Part shown: positions 21,641-30,783 of the stretch, one piece after another
How the letters are laid out: each line of letters opens with the position of its first letter
Position numbering within the stretch: position 1 is the first letter of the stretch
Assembly: GCA_035701505.1 (NCBI GenBank)
Contig: DASSSA010000133.1
Span: 11,748-75,747, forward strand
Origin: Actinomycetota bacterium
GTDB taxonomy: Bacteria > Actinomycetota > UBA4738 > HRBIN12
Direction: 5' to 3'
DNA: 64,000 bases
The notes under the pieces: model-generated
Databases searched by the model: none
What the model was told of the DNA's origin: nothing
What the model saw: only the letters and a program-made list of their open reading frames with translations
Position numbers and translations under genes: made by a program

Positions 21641-22600
21641 GTGGCGACGATCTGGGTCTACGCCGAGGTCGGACCGGACGGACCCCATCCGGCTTCGCTC
21701 GAGCTCCTGACGAAAGCCAGGTCCGTCGGCGAAACCGTCGAGGCGGTGGCGCTCGGCCCGGGGGCCACCCAGGCCGCGGAGGCGCTGGGGGGTTTCGGGG
21801 CGCAGAGGGTGTTCGCCTCCGACGACCCGGTCTACGCCGAGTACCCGGCTCAGCCGGCGGTCCACGCGATGGTGGGCCTGATCCAGGAGCACCGGCCGAA
21901 CATGGTCCTGTTCGCCACGACGTACGACTCGAGGGACGTGGCCGGCAGGCTCCAAGCCAGGACCGGCTCCACTCTTTTGAGCAACGCCACCGATGTCCTG
22001 TCGATCGACCGGGCCCAGACCCAGATCTTCGGCGGGGCCACGGTCGTGGACGTCGAGCTGTCCGGTCCCGATCCGAGGCTCGTGTTGGTGCGCCCCAAGT
22101 CGTTCCCCGCCGAGCCCACCGAGGGGACCGCTGACATCGTGGCGGTGAACGCCGAGATCCCGGAGGACCACAAGCGAGCCAGGCGAGTCGAGCGACACGA
22201 TGAGGCTGCCGCCGGGCCAAAGCTGGAGGAAGCTCGCGTTGTGATCGCCGGTGGCCGCGGCCTTCAGGACCCGGCCAACTTCGCCGCCCTAGATGAGCTG
22301 GCCTCTGCCATCGGGAGCGCGGCGGTCGGGGCGACCCGAGCGGTGGTGGACGCGGGATGGGTTCCCTACAGCTATCAGGTGGGGCAGACCGGGAAGACCG
22401 TCAAGCCCGAGGTGTACATCGCCGTGGGCATCAGCGGGGCCACCCAGCACCTGGTGGGGATGAAGGGCTCGAAGTGGATCGTGGCCATCAACAAGGACCC
22501 CGACGCCCCTATCTTCAAGCTCGCCGACCTCGGGGTGGTGGGCGACGCGCTGAAAGTGGTCCCCAAGCTGATCGAGGAGATCAAGGCCCGGAGGTCATGA
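21641..22600 (+). CDS. etfA: Electron transfer flavoprotein alpha subunit
   Basis: C-terminal FAD-binding domain ([27 protein letters not shown]). GTG start 3 nt after the etfB stop. Confidence 0.9.
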   Translation: MATIWVYAEVGPDGPHPASLELLTKARSVGETVEAVALGPGATQAAEALGGFGAQRVFASDDPVYAEYPAQPAVHAMVGLIQEHRPNMVLFATTYDSRDVAGRLQARTGSTLLSNATDVLSIDRAQTQIFGGATVVDVELSGPDPRLVLVRPKSFPAEPTEGTADIVAVNAEIPEDHKRARRVERHDEAAAGPKLEEARVVIAGGRGLQDPANFAALDELASAIGSAAVGATRAVVDAGWVPYSYQVGQTGKTVKPEVYIAVGISGATQHLVGMKGSKWIVAINKDPDAPIFKLADLGVVGDALKVVPKLIEEIKARRS

Positions 22601-24390
22601 GGGTCCGCCCGTCGATCGCCGCGAGGTTCGACGACCTCCGGCCGGGGCGGGAGCACTCATTCCGGCTCACCGGGCAGGTGGGGGTGGTCCAGGCCCGAGC
22701 TCTCCACGAGGTCGGGCCGGCCCTCGACCGGGTGGAGGAAGCGGCGCGCGGCGGCCGTTGGGTGGCGGGGTTCGTCGCGTACGAGGCCTCGCCGGGCCTG
22801 GACCCGGCCATGTCCGTGCGGGGGCGGGAGCGCGGCGACCCCTTCGCCGAGCTCCCCCTCCTGTGGTTCGCCATCTTCGAACGACGCGAGGATGTCGCTG
22901 TGTTCGAGCCGGTCGCGATCGACCCCCCGGCCACCGACGACGTGGCGTGGACCGCATCGATCGACCGGGCCCGGTACGACGCTTCGGTGGCCGCGATCCG
23001 CGAGCGGATCGCGGCCGGCGACACGTACCAGGTCAACTACACGTTCCGGCTGGGCGCCGAGGTGAACCGCGACGAACACGACCTGTATCGCGACCTCTGC
23101 CTGTCCCAGCGGGGCGGGTACGCGGCCCACCTGTCGGCGGGACCGTTCGGCGTGCTGTCCGCGTCCCCCGAGCTGTTCTTCCGCATCGACGGCGACCGGA
23201 TCACCACGAGTCCGATGAAGGGCACCGCCCCGCGTGGCCGGTGGCCCGAGGAGGACGAGGAGAACGCGGGCCGGCTAGCCTCATCCCCCAAGGACCGGGC
23301 GGAGAACGCCATGGTCGTCGACCTGTTGCGGAGCGATCTCGGCCGCATCTCCGTGCCGGGCACGGTGCGGGCCAATCGGCTATTCGAGACGGAACGCTAC
23401 GAGACGGTCTGGCAGCTCACCTCAACCGTGCGATCCACCCTTCGCCCGGGCATCTCCCTGGCCGACGCGTTCCGCGCGCTGTTCCCCAGCGGATCGGTGA
23501 CCGGGGCTCCCAAAGTCTCCACCATGAGCGTCATCGCCGAACTCGAGGACGCTCCGCGCGGCCCGTACTGCGGCGCGATCGGGTACCTGGCCCCACCCGG
23601 GAGCGGCGAGCCCAGCGCGAACTTCAACGTGGCCATCCGCACCGTCGTCCGGGACCGGCGGACCGGGCTGGCCGAGTTCGGGGTCGGTGGGGGGATCACC
23701 TACGACTCGTCCGCCGCGGGCGAGTTCGACGAGGCGGTGGCCAAGGCCCGGGTGCTCACCGCTCGCCGGCCGCGGTTCGAGCTGCTCGAGACCCTCCGCC
23801 ACGAGCCGGCGTCGGGGTTCCGCCATCTCCCCGAGCACCTGGCCCGTCTCGAGGCCTCGGCCCACTACTTCGGATTCGCCTTCGTTCGATCCGACGCCGA
23901 AGCGGTCCTGGAGAAGGCAGTGGCCGAATTGGGCGGAGCCGAGGGGGTGGTCCGGCTCCTGCTGGCCCGAGACGGGTCGCTTCGGATCGACCTCTCCGAA
24001 CCACTGCCGTCGGCCCCCGGCCCGGTTCGGGTGGCCATCCATCCCCGGCCCGTCGATCCCTCGGAGGTCTGGCTGTACCACAAGACCACGCTGCGGGGTC
24101 CCTACGAAGGTCGCCGCGACGATCGCCCCGACGTCGACGACGTGGTGCTGGTCAACGATCGGGGCGAGGTGACGGAGTCCACCATCGCCAACGTGGCCGT
24201 CAGGCTGGGGGACGCCTGGCTCACCCCGCCACTCGGATCGGGGTTGCTCGCGGGAACCTACCGGGCGGTGCTCCTCCGAGAGGGCCGACTCAGGGAACGC
24301 ACCATCCGCGCGAAGGAGCTCGGTGAAGCGGGCGGCCTGGCCCTGGTCAGCTCGGTCCGCGGGTGGCGTCCGGCCGTGCTGGTCCGGTGA
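22597..24390 (+). CDS. pabB: Aminodeoxychorismate synthase component I fused to aminodeoxychorismate lyase (class IV aminotransferase fold): PabB-PabC fusion
   Basis: Chorismate-binding-enzyme motifs ([30 protein letters not shown]) followed by a roughly 220-aa class-IV aminotransferase-like domain. ATG overlaps the etfA stop (ATGA at 22597-22600). Confidence 0.85.
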   Translation: MRVRPSIAARFDDLRPGREHSFRLTGQVGVVQARALHEVGPALDRVEEAARGGRWVAGFVAYEASPGLDPAMSVRGRERGDPFAELPLLWFAIFERREDVAVFEPVAIDPPATDDVAWTASIDRARYDASVAAIRERIAAGDTYQVNYTFRLGAEVNRDEHDLYRDLCLSQRGGYAAHLSAGPFGVLSASPELFFRIDGDRITTSPMKGTAPRGRWPEEDEENAGRLASSPKDRAENAMVVDLLRSDLGRISVPGTVRANRLFETERYETVWQLTSTVRSTLRPGISLADAFRALFPSGSVTGAPKVSTMSVIAELEDAPRGPYCGAIGYLAPPGSGEPSANFNVAIRTVVRDRRTGLAEFGVGGGITYDSSAAGEFDEAVAKARVLTARRPRFELLETLRHEPASGFRHLPEHLARLEASAHYFGFAFVRSDAEAVLEKAVAELGGAEGVVRLLLARDGSLRIDLSEPLPSAPGPVRVAIHPRPVDPSEVWLYHKTTLRGPYEGRRDDRPDVDDVVLVNDRGEVTESTIANVAVRLGDAWLTPPLGSGLLAGTYRAVLLREGRLRERTIRAKELGEAGGLALVSSVRGWRPAVLVR

Positions 24391-24632
24391 GCGAGTCCAA
24401 GAGTTACCCGACCGACCCGGGCGTGATCACGGTCCACCTCGGCCAGTTCACCCGGGACCATGCGAACGCGATCGCCGGCCGGCTCGAGGAGGCCGGCATC
24501 GTGTGGTGGTACAAGGAGCCAGGCTCGATCAGCAGGATCTGGGAGCACGGCGTTCGCCTGTTCGTGGACCGTGACCGCCTGGCCGAGGCCCGGGCCATCG
24601 TGGCCACGGTCCTCGGTGAGGCATCGCCCTAG
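24387..24632 (+). CDS. DUF2007-like small protein (about 81 aa)
   Basis: GTG start overlapping the pabBC stop (GTGA). The product ...GVITVHLGQFTRDHANAIAGRLEEAGIVWWYKE...VDRDRLAEARAIV fits the small DUF2007 pattern I recall. Confidence 0.45.
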   Translation: MSESKSYPTDPGVITVHLGQFTRDHANAIAGRLEEAGIVWWYKEPGSISRIWEHGVRLFVDRDRLAEARAIVATVLGEASP

Positions 24633-24802
24633 GACTCGCCCCCGCCGGCCGACGAAGGCTCGCCGGGCCACGCGTGCGGCCGCATCCGATCCTCGTCCAG
24701 TGGGCACGCGCACAGCGGGCACCTCGGTGGCTCCTCGTAGACCAGGACCACGCGCTCGCAGAAGGGGCATTCGGCCTCTCGCATGGCGGGTTCGGTGTCG
24801 GC
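24629..24802 (-). CDS. Putative 57-aa zinc-ribbon protein (CPFC...CPLCAC)
   Basis: Not in the track because it is under 60 aa. My translation is MPADTEPAMREAECPFCERVVLVYEEPPRCPLCACPLDEDRMRPHAWPGEPSSAGGGES. There is no obvious SD. Its stop overlaps the stop of the plus-strand small gene. Confidence 0.3.
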   Translation of the reverse strand, partial: ADTEPAMREAECPFCERVVLVYEEPPRCPLCACPLDEDRMRPHAWPGEPSSAGGGES

Positions 24803-24947
24803 CGGCATCCGGTCAGACCGCGGGTTGGGGGGGAGCGGTCACGCATTGATTGTCGGTTCGGGACTGGCCCGCCTTTACCAGGCACCAATCGGCCGGCTCG
24901 GACCGGCCGTAGGACCCTCGGGTGACGGCCTGCCCGGCCCGGTCCGG

Positions 24948-25154
24948 CTATGCAGCTTGCTTCCGTGACTTCCTCTTGCCCCGCGAGATGTACTCGTGGA
25001 CCGGCTCGTGCTGCCAGCAGTGGTCGAACCGGTTGTACTTCGACAATTTGGTCGTGCATCCGGGGGTGGCGCACACGCGCCCCTCACCGTAGGTTCGGTT
25101 CGCTCTCGGGAGCTCGCGGACGCGGCCCCCGCGGTAGACGGATTCCTCTGACAT
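24948..25154 (-). CDS. Small Cys/His-containing basic protein (68 aa), hypothetical
   Basis: ATG at 25152-25154 with GGGGGAG 6 nt upstream. Product MSEESVYRGGRVRELPRANRTYGEGRVCATPGCTTKLSKYNRFDHCWQHEPVHEYISRGKRKSRKQAA has clean composition and a basic tail. Confidence 0.5.
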   Translation of the reverse strand: MSEESVYRGGRVRELPRANRTYGEGRVCATPGCTTKLSKYNRFDHCWQHEPVHEYISRGKRKSRKQAA

Positions 25155-25226
25155 CTTCACTCCCCCCACGTGGACGGCCCCTCCCGCTCGAGTTCCGGGG
25201 TCTCCAGGTATTTCGAACCGTTGCGG

Positions 25227-25247
25227 GCCCCGGTTCGTTCCCGGGGC
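25227..25247 (-). terminator. GC-rich hairpin (GCCCCGG-7nt-CCGGGGC) 38 nt downstream of the GNAT gene. Possible intrinsic terminator without a U-tract.
   Basis: Perfect 7-bp inverted repeat read directly. No T-run follows on the transcribed strand. Confidence 0.3.
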
Positions 25248-25284
25248 AGGACGAATGACCGCCGATGAAGGCGGATCCGAGCCC

Positions 25285-25773
25285 TCAGTCCTCCGAGAGC
25301 CGCTGGACCAGGGCTTTCGTCCCCTGGGTCATCTGCACGACCCGAGGGGTGAACCCCAGGCCCTCCCAGAAGGCCATGGCCCCCTGGTTGGGGGCGAAGG
25401 TCTTCAGCTCGACCCACTCCACCCCCAGCTCACCGGCGAACCGGGCGGCCTCCTGGACCAGGGCCCGGCCCACCCCCCGCCCCCGGTACCCGGTCCGGAC
25501 CACGACCCCGGAGAGCTCCAGGGCCCGCTCGTCGGAGAACCGCGACGGGATGCGGACCTCGCCGTAGGCCATCCCCACGATCTCGCCCTCGTCTTCGGCC
25601 ACCAGGACCACCGCGTTCTCGGTGCTCATGGCCTCCCGGTACTTGAGCCCCACCTCGTCGTAGAAGCCGGGGCGAGGGGTGAACACCCGCCAGTCGCTCT
25701 GCATCCGGTCGAGCTCCTGGAACAGGGCCACCAGGGCCGGGACGTCGTCTGGCGTGGCCTGCCTGACCTTCAC
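25285..25773 (-). CDS. GNAT-family N-acetyltransferase
   Basis: 162 aa. Acetyl-CoA motif RGRGVGRALV and GNAT topology. Confidence 0.85.
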   Translation of the reverse strand: MKVRQATPDDVPALVALFQELDRMQSDWRVFTPRPGFYDEVGLKYREAMSTENAVVLVAEDEGEIVGMAYGEVRIPSRFSDERALELSGVVVRTGYRGRGVGRALVQEAARFAGELGVEWVELKTFAPNQGAMAFWEGLGFTPRVVQMTQGTKALVQRLSED

Positions 25774-25784
25774 GTGGTCTCCTC

Positions 25785-26555
25785 CTACCTGCCGGTGAAG
25801 CCCGGTTCGCGCTTCTCCAGGAAGGCCGCCATGCCCTCCTTCTGGTCTGTGGTGTCGAACAGGTCAACGAACTGCTCGTGCTCGACCCGCAGCCCGCGCC
25901 GCATGTCCCCCAGGGCCGCGGCGATCGCCACCTTGGCCGCGCCGAGCGCGAGGGTCGGGCCGTTGGCGTATCGGAGGGCCACGTCGGCCGCCTCCTCACG
26001 CGCCGTCCCCGGAGGAGTCACCCGGTCGACGAGGCCGATGGCCATGGCCTCCTCCGCGGCGACCCGCCGCCCCGAGTAGATCAGGTCGCGCGCCCGGGCG
26101 TGGCCGACCAACCGGGGGAGGCGCTGGGTCCCGCCGGCGCCGGGGATGATCCCCAGGGCGATCTCGGGCTGTCCGAGCGTGGCGTTCTGCGCCGCGAAGC
26201 GGAAGTCGCAGGCCAGGGCGAGCTCGCATCCCCCGCCAAGGCAATAGCCCTCGATGGCGGCGATCGTGACCTTGGGTATCTCCTCCAGGAGGGTCAGGGC
26301 ATCGCCGAGCGCCGAGACGACCGGCCGAATGTCCTCTCGCCCCAGCCGCGCGATCTCCTTGAGGTCCGCCCCCGCGGCGAAGGTCTGCGGTCCCCCCCAC
26401 ACCACGACGGCCCGAATGTCGTCGCGCCGTCCGGATTCGGCGACCGAGTCGTGGAGCTCGTCCGAGACCTGGCGGCTGATGGCATTGGCCGGGGGGCGGT
26501 CCAGCCTGATGGTGGCCACCGGGCCCTCGACCTCCAACCGGACGAACTCACCCAT
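25785..26555 (-). CDS. Enoyl-CoA hydratase/isomerase (crotonase family)
   Basis: 256 aa. Crotonase oxyanion and catalytic region AAGADLKE...GGGCELALACDFRFAAQNATLGQPE. Confidence 0.9.
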   Translation of the reverse strand: MGEFVRLEVEGPVATIRLDRPPANAISRQVSDELHDSVAESGRRDDIRAVVVWGGPQTFAAGADLKEIARLGREDIRPVVSALGDALTLLEEIPKVTIAAIEGYCLGGGCELALACDFRFAAQNATLGQPEIALGIIPGAGGTQRLPRLVGHARARDLIYSGRRVAAEEAMAIGLVDRVTPPGTAREEAADVALRYANGPTLALGAAKVAIAAALGDMRRGLRVEHEQFVDLFDTTDQKEGMAAFLEKREPGFTGR

Positions 26556-26648
26556 CGCGTCGCTCTTCCACGGCAGGCCTATCTTTCCAGACCCGGCGCC
26601 ATCTCATGGGGGGTGGGGAGGGCGCCGAGCCTCGCGCCTGCGAGGGAT

Positions 26649-26660
26649 TTGCAGGTGCAA
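26649..26660. promoter_or_regulatory. TTGCA-GG-TGCAA palindrome 23 nt upstream of the Fur-family regulator gene (candidate autoregulatory box)
   Basis: Perfect 5-bp arms read directly. Resembles half of the tTGCaa-N5-ttGCAA Nur-box architecture I recall from Streptomyces. Confidence 0.3.
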
Positions 26661-26682
26661 CAAGATGCTAGGATGACCGGCC

Positions 26683-27126
26683 GTGAGCGACGGGACGGGC
26701 AGGCGCGACGGCGATGTGATGGGCATCCTTCGGGCCCAAGGCCTTCGGATGACTCCCCAGCGCCGGGCCATCGTGGCCGAGATCATGCGGACCCGCGGCC
26801 ATATCTCGCCGACCGCGTTGGCCCGCAAGGTGCAGGGGGAGATGCCGGGGGTCAACGCCTCGACGGTGTACCGGACCCTGGCCCTGCTGGAGGAGGTCGG
26901 GGTCCTGTCGCACGCCCACCTGGAGGGCGGGGCCGAGTATCACCGGGCGGAGGAGGCCGGGCACGTCCACCTGACCTGCTCCAACTGCGGCGTCGAGGAC
27001 GACCTGTCCCTGGAGGAGGCTCGGGCCCTGTCTCAACTGATCGAACGGCACCGCGAGTTCCTGCCCGACCTGACGCACTTCGCCATCAGCGGCCTGTGCG
27101 CCGAGTGTCGCCGCTTGGCCGGCTAG
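26683..27126 (+). CDS. Fur-family metal-responsive transcriptional regulator (Fur/Zur/Nur-like)
   Basis: Winged-helix N-terminus (MTPQRRAIVAEIM) and C-terminal metal sites HAHLEGG...HxH...CSNCG...CAEC. A later start at ATG 26719 is possible. Confidence 0.85.
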   Translation: MSDGTGRRDGDVMGILRAQGLRMTPQRRAIVAEIMRTRGHISPTALARKVQGEMPGVNASTVYRTLALLEEVGVLSHAHLEGGAEYHRAEEAGHVHLTCSNCGVEDDLSLEEARALSQLIERHREFLPDLTHFAISGLCAECRRLAG

Positions 27127-27144
27127 AAACGCCCGCTCGCTCGA

Positions 27145-28032
27145 TCACCCGCCGAACAGCGCGGGGAGGACCGTGCCCTTCCCCAAGATGAACAGCGTCC
27201 CGATCACCAGGCTGAACGCCGCGGTCAGGACCGCGATGGAGACGTAGAGCGTCCAGTTCTCCGCCGCCCGCATGAATCCGAACGCTGTCCCCGCCGTGAT
27301 CAGCGAGTTCGAGGTGAGCAGCCCCACCAGGAACGTCCCGAGCAGCACTTCCCCGACCACCGGCCCGCCGGCTCCCGCGGCCGTGAGGAAGATCAGGAGC
27401 TGCGTGGGTGTCTCGGCGCCCACTCCGTGGACCATCCCCACCAGGAACGCCGTCCGCCGCCCGTAGTTCATGAACGCATCGGGCTCGGGATGCTTGTGGT
27501 GATGGTGCCCGGGGCGTCCGTGATGTCCGTGGTGCCATTCCGACACCGGGATGTCCTCGGCCACGGCCACCGCGAGGGAGTCGCCCCCGCGCTGATGCAC
27601 ATGAACCGGCTCGGTCGCATGGGCGTCCAGGCCAGCGCGGCGAGCCTTTCGATACAGCGACCGGACGCCGCTGAAGATCAGCATCCACCGGCTGCGCATC
27701 CGAAACTCCCTGCCGTGGCGGACGAGCGCCACGAACACGTACACCCCCAGGATCACCAGCGTGACTCCCACGACCCGTTCCATGACCGAGTCGATGCCGG
27801 ACGGCAGCCGGTCGCCCAGGATGATCGCCGCGGTCCCGATCAGGAGGACGACGAGCGCGTGACCGAGCGCATACAGCGTGCCGAACAGCACGGAGTCTCT
27901 GCGGTTCTCCTGGGAGCTCGTGATGTCGGTGATGGCCGCGATGTGGTCCCAGTCGATCCCGTGACGGAACCCGAACAGGAAGGCCGAGGCGATCAGTCCG
28001 ACCCCGAACGCACCGGCCGCCTCGGCGAGCAC
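27145..28032 (-). CDS. NicO/RcnA-type nickel/cobalt transporter with His-rich loop
   Basis: NicO signature GFRHGIDWDHIAAITD. His-rich loop HHGHHGRPGHHHHKHPEPD. 6-8 TM helices. Start taken at GTG 28030-28032, preceded by GGGAGGGAAGGGGGAAG. The upstream 66 codons of the track ORF are junk. Confidence 0.8.
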   Translation of the reverse strand: MLAEAAGAFGVGLIASAFLFGFRHGIDWDHIAAITDITSSQENRRDSVLFGTLYALGHALVVLLIGTAAIILGDRLPSGIDSVMERVVGVTLVILGVYVFVALVRHGREFRMRSRWMLIFSGVRSLYRKARRAGLDAHATEPVHVHQRGGDSLAVAVAEDIPVSEWHHGHHGRPGHHHHKHPEPDAFMNYGRRTAFLVGMVHGVGAETPTQLLIFLTAAGAGGPVVGEVLLGTFLVGLLTSNSLITAGTAFGFMRAAENWTLYVSIAVLTAAFSLVIGTLFILGKGTVLPALFGG

Positions 28033-28103
28033 GCGCGCTTCCCCCTTCCCTCCCGGTCCTCGGCCCGGTCGCGAGCGTCCATGGAACCATAAAGCTGCAT
28101 CCC

Positions 28104-28126
28104 CTGGCAAGTGCGTGGTCTTGCAG
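28104..28126. promoter_or_regulatory. Imperfect inverted repeat CTGGCAAG-N7-CTTGCAG upstream of the NicO gene (TTGCA-type, possible Fur-family operator)
   Basis: Read directly in the 112-bp gap between the acyl-CoA mutase and nicO. Shares the TTGCA core with the box upstream of the Fur-like gene. Confidence 0.25.
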
Positions 28127-28144
28127 TATGCCTTCGAGGGGGTC

Positions 28145-29800
28145 TCAGAACCGGGGGGTCTCGGTGTACTCGCCGAACACCTGCCGCAAGGTCCCGACGA
28201 TCTCCCCCTCGGTGCACATGGCCCGGGCACAGTCCACCAGGAACGGCATCACGTTGTCGTCGGTCGCCGCGGCGGCCCCCAGCCGGTCCAGCGCCATCCC
28301 GGCCCGGTCCTGGTCACGACGCTGTCGTACGGCACGAACCCGCCGGGCCTGCTCCTCCTCGAGGTCCGGAGGGATCTCCAGGATCTCCACGGGGCCACCG
28401 TCCGGCTCGACGAACTCGTTCACACCGACCTTCACCAGCCGTCCCTTCTCGTACCGCTCCTGTTCCCGGTAGGCGGACTCCGCGATCTCCTGCTGGAAAT
28501 ACCCGCGGTCGATCCCGGCGAGGATCCCCTCGAGCATCGACCCCCCGCCCATCCGGCCGATCCGGGCGAACTCCTCCTCGGCGCGCTCTTCCATCCGATC
28601 CGTCAGCGATTCGAGGAAGAACGAGCCACCGAGAGGATCGATCGCGCTCGGAACCCCCGTCTCGTACGCGATGATCTGCTGGGTCCGAAGCGCCAGTTTC
28701 GCCGCCTTCTCCGTCGGCAGGGCCAGGACCTCGTCCAGAGCGTTCGTGTGGAGCGACTGCGTGCCGCCCAGGACCGCGGCCAAAGCCTCGATGGCAGTAC
28801 GCACCACGTTGTTCATGGGTTGCTGCGCGGTGAGCGACACGCCGGCCGTCTGGGTGTGGAACCGCAGGCGCATCGAGGAGTCCTCCTTCGCCCCGTACCG
28901 GTCCTTCATCCACCGGGCCCAGATCCGCCGGGCCGCCCGGTACTTCGCGATCTCCTCGAAGAAGTCGATATGCGCGTTGAAGAAGAACGACAGTCCCTGC
29001 GCGAATCGGTCCACGTCGAGCCCCCGGGCCGTGCCGAGCTCGACGTATGCGAACCCGTCGGCCAGCGTGTAGGCGAGCTCCTGCCAGGCGTTCGCCCCGG
29101 CCTCGCGGATGTGATAGCCCGAGACGCTGAGAGGGTGCCACTTCGGAACGCGCTCGGCGCAGAACTCGATGAGGTCGCCGATCAGCCGGAGGTGGGGCCG
29201 GGGTGGGAAGATCCACTCCTTCTGGGCGATGTACTCCTTCAGGATGTCGGTCTGGAGCGTTCCATCGAGGCGGTCCCACGGGACGCCCTGTTCCTCCGCG
29301 GCCGCCAGGAAGAACGCGAAGATCACAACCGCGGGCCCACTGATGGTCATCGACGTCGTGATGTCGCCGAGCGGGATGCCCTCGAAGAGTTGTTGGACGT
29401 CGGCCAGTGAGTCGGTGGCGACGCCACATCGGCCCACCTCCCCCTCCGAGCGCTGGTCGTCGGAGTCCCGCCCCATCAGCGTGGGCATGTCGAAGGCCAC
29501 CGACAGGCCGCCCTGCCCCTGGGCGAGCAGGAACTTGTAGCGGGCGTTGGTCTCGGCCGCGGTCCCGTATCCGGCGAACTGACGCATCGTCCACAGCCGT
29601 CCCCGGTACATCGTCGGGTAGGCGCCGCGGACGAACGGGTACCGGCCGGAGTCTCCGAGGTCCCGCTCGGGGTCGAACCCTGAGAGGTCCTCCTCGGTGA
29701 ACAGCGGCTGGACGGGTTGGCCCGAGAGGGTCTCGAAGTCCGCATCCCGCTCGTCCGAGGCCCGGTAGGTCCGCTCCCACCCGTCGTGTTCGCTCGTCAT
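28145..29800 (-). CDS. Acyl-CoA mutase (methylmalonyl-CoA mutase family) catalytic/substrate-binding subunit only. There is no B12-binding domain.
   Basis: 551 aa. Strong MCM N-terminal TIM-barrel motifs (FVRGAYPTMYRGRLWTMRQFAGYGTAAETNARYKFLLAQGQGGLSVAFDMPT). Ends where canonical enzymes continue into the cobalamin domain. Start taken at ATG 29798-29800 (AGGAAGG 6 nt upstream) rather than the track's GTG at 29827. Confidence 0.85.
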   Translation of the reverse strand: MTSEHDGWERTYRASDERDADFETLSGQPVQPLFTEEDLSGFDPERDLGDSGRYPFVRGAYPTMYRGRLWTMRQFAGYGTAAETNARYKFLLAQGQGGLSVAFDMPTLMGRDSDDQRSEGEVGRCGVATDSLADVQQLFEGIPLGDITTSMTISGPAVVIFAFFLAAAEEQGVPWDRLDGTLQTDILKEYIAQKEWIFPPRPHLRLIGDLIEFCAERVPKWHPLSVSGYHIREAGANAWQELAYTLADGFAYVELGTARGLDVDRFAQGLSFFFNAHIDFFEEIAKYRAARRIWARWMKDRYGAKEDSSMRLRFHTQTAGVSLTAQQPMNNVVRTAIEALAAVLGGTQSLHTNALDEVLALPTEKAAKLALRTQQIIAYETGVPSAIDPLGGSFFLESLTDRMEERAEEEFARIGRMGGGSMLEGILAGIDRGYFQQEIAESAYREQERYEKGRLVKVGVNEFVEPDGGPVEILEIPPDLEEEQARRVRAVRQRRDQDRAGMALDRLGAAAATDDNVMPFLVDCARAMCTEGEIVGTLRQVFGEYTETPRF

Positions 29801-29810
29801 GCCGGCCTTC

Positions 29811-30749
29811 CTACTGCTCTTCTCCACGCGACAACCGTTCGATCAGGATATCGGCGGCCCGGTAGGGATCTGTCGTTCGCGCCGCAACCTCGTCGGCGAG
29901 CTGTGGATCCCTCGCCAGCGCGTCGCGTACCGCTCCGCGGAGACGTTCGCCGGCCAGCCCCTCCACCTCCCGAAACAACCGGCCCCGGCGCTTCTGCTCG
30001 AGCTGGCCCGTCTCCTCCAGGTGCGCGCGATGGCGGGCCATCGCCTCCCACAGCTCGTCGATGCCCTCCGAGCGCTGCGCGGAGGCCCGCACCACCGGCG
30101 GTGTCCACTGGGCCGGCGAGCCCATCCGGATCATCTGCTCCAGGTCGCGGGCCGCGGCGTCGGCCCCCTCCCGGTCGGACTTGTTCACCACGAAGACGTC
30201 GGCGATCTCCAGGATCCCCGCCTTGGCCACCTGCACGGCGTCGCCCCATCCCGGCGATACCACCACCAACGTGGTGTCGGTAGCGGCGGCCACGTCGACC
30301 TCGGCCTGTCCCACGCCCACGGTCTCCACCATGACCAGGTCCTTCCCCGACGCGTCGAGGATCCGAACCGCTTCGGGAGCGGCGAGCGCCATCCCCCCGA
30401 GATGGCCTCGCGTGGCCATCGACCGGATGAACACACCGGGATCCGTCGCATGCTCCTGCATGCGCAGCCGGTCCCCGAGCAGGGCCCCACCGGTGAACGG
30501 CGACGTCGGATCGATGGCCAGGATGGCGACGGACAGCTGGCGGCTCCGCGCATGCCGGACGAGCTCTCCGGCGAGCGTGGACTTGCCCACTCCCGGCGAG
30601 CCGGTGAGGCCGATCGTGGAGGCCCGGCCGGTGTGCCCGAACAGGCCCGAGGAGAGCTCGGCCAGGCCCTCGGCCCCGTCTTCGACCATCGAGATGCCCC
30701 GGGCCACGGCGCGGCGGTCTCCGGCAAGGACGGCCTCGACCAGGTCCAC
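29811..30749 (-). CDS. meaB: MeaB/ArgK-type G-protein chaperone of B12-dependent mutases
   Basis: P-loop GSPGVGKST, NKSD G4 motif and the MeaB N-terminal LAGDRRAVARGISMVE motif. GTG start at 30747-30749. Confidence 0.9.
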   Translation of the reverse strand: MDLVEAVLAGDRRAVARGISMVEDGAEGLAELSSGLFGHTGRASTIGLTGSPGVGKSTLAGELVRHARSRQLSVAILAIDPTSPFTGGALLGDRLRMQEHATDPGVFIRSMATRGHLGGMALAAPEAVRILDASGKDLVMVETVGVGQAEVDVAAATDTTLVVVSPGWGDAVQVAKAGILEIADVFVVNKSDREGADAAARDLEQMIRMGSPAQWTPPVVRASAQRSEGIDELWEAMARHRAHLEETGQLEQKRRGRLFREVEGLAGERLRGAVRDALARDPQLADEVAARTTDPYRAADILIERLSRGEEQ

Positions 30750-30783
30750 GGGGCAAGGGTACCCGTCGCTCCGGCTCAGACCG

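Noticed and set aside
24803-24947. Possible tRNA or riboswitch in the 145-bp GC-rich gap
   Set aside because: It contains hairpins but no recognisable tRNA arms/anticodon architecture or known riboswitch core. Retained only as a low-confidence structured-RNA candidate within a finding.
25878-27191. 437-aa plus-strand ORF across the crotonase/fur region, and similar long ORFs 28115..29410(+), 33637..35241(+), 55583..55957(+), 48410..49903(+)
   Set aside because: All are antisense or out-of-frame relative to strongly supported genes. They have PRG-rich low-complexity translations and lack any recognisable motif.
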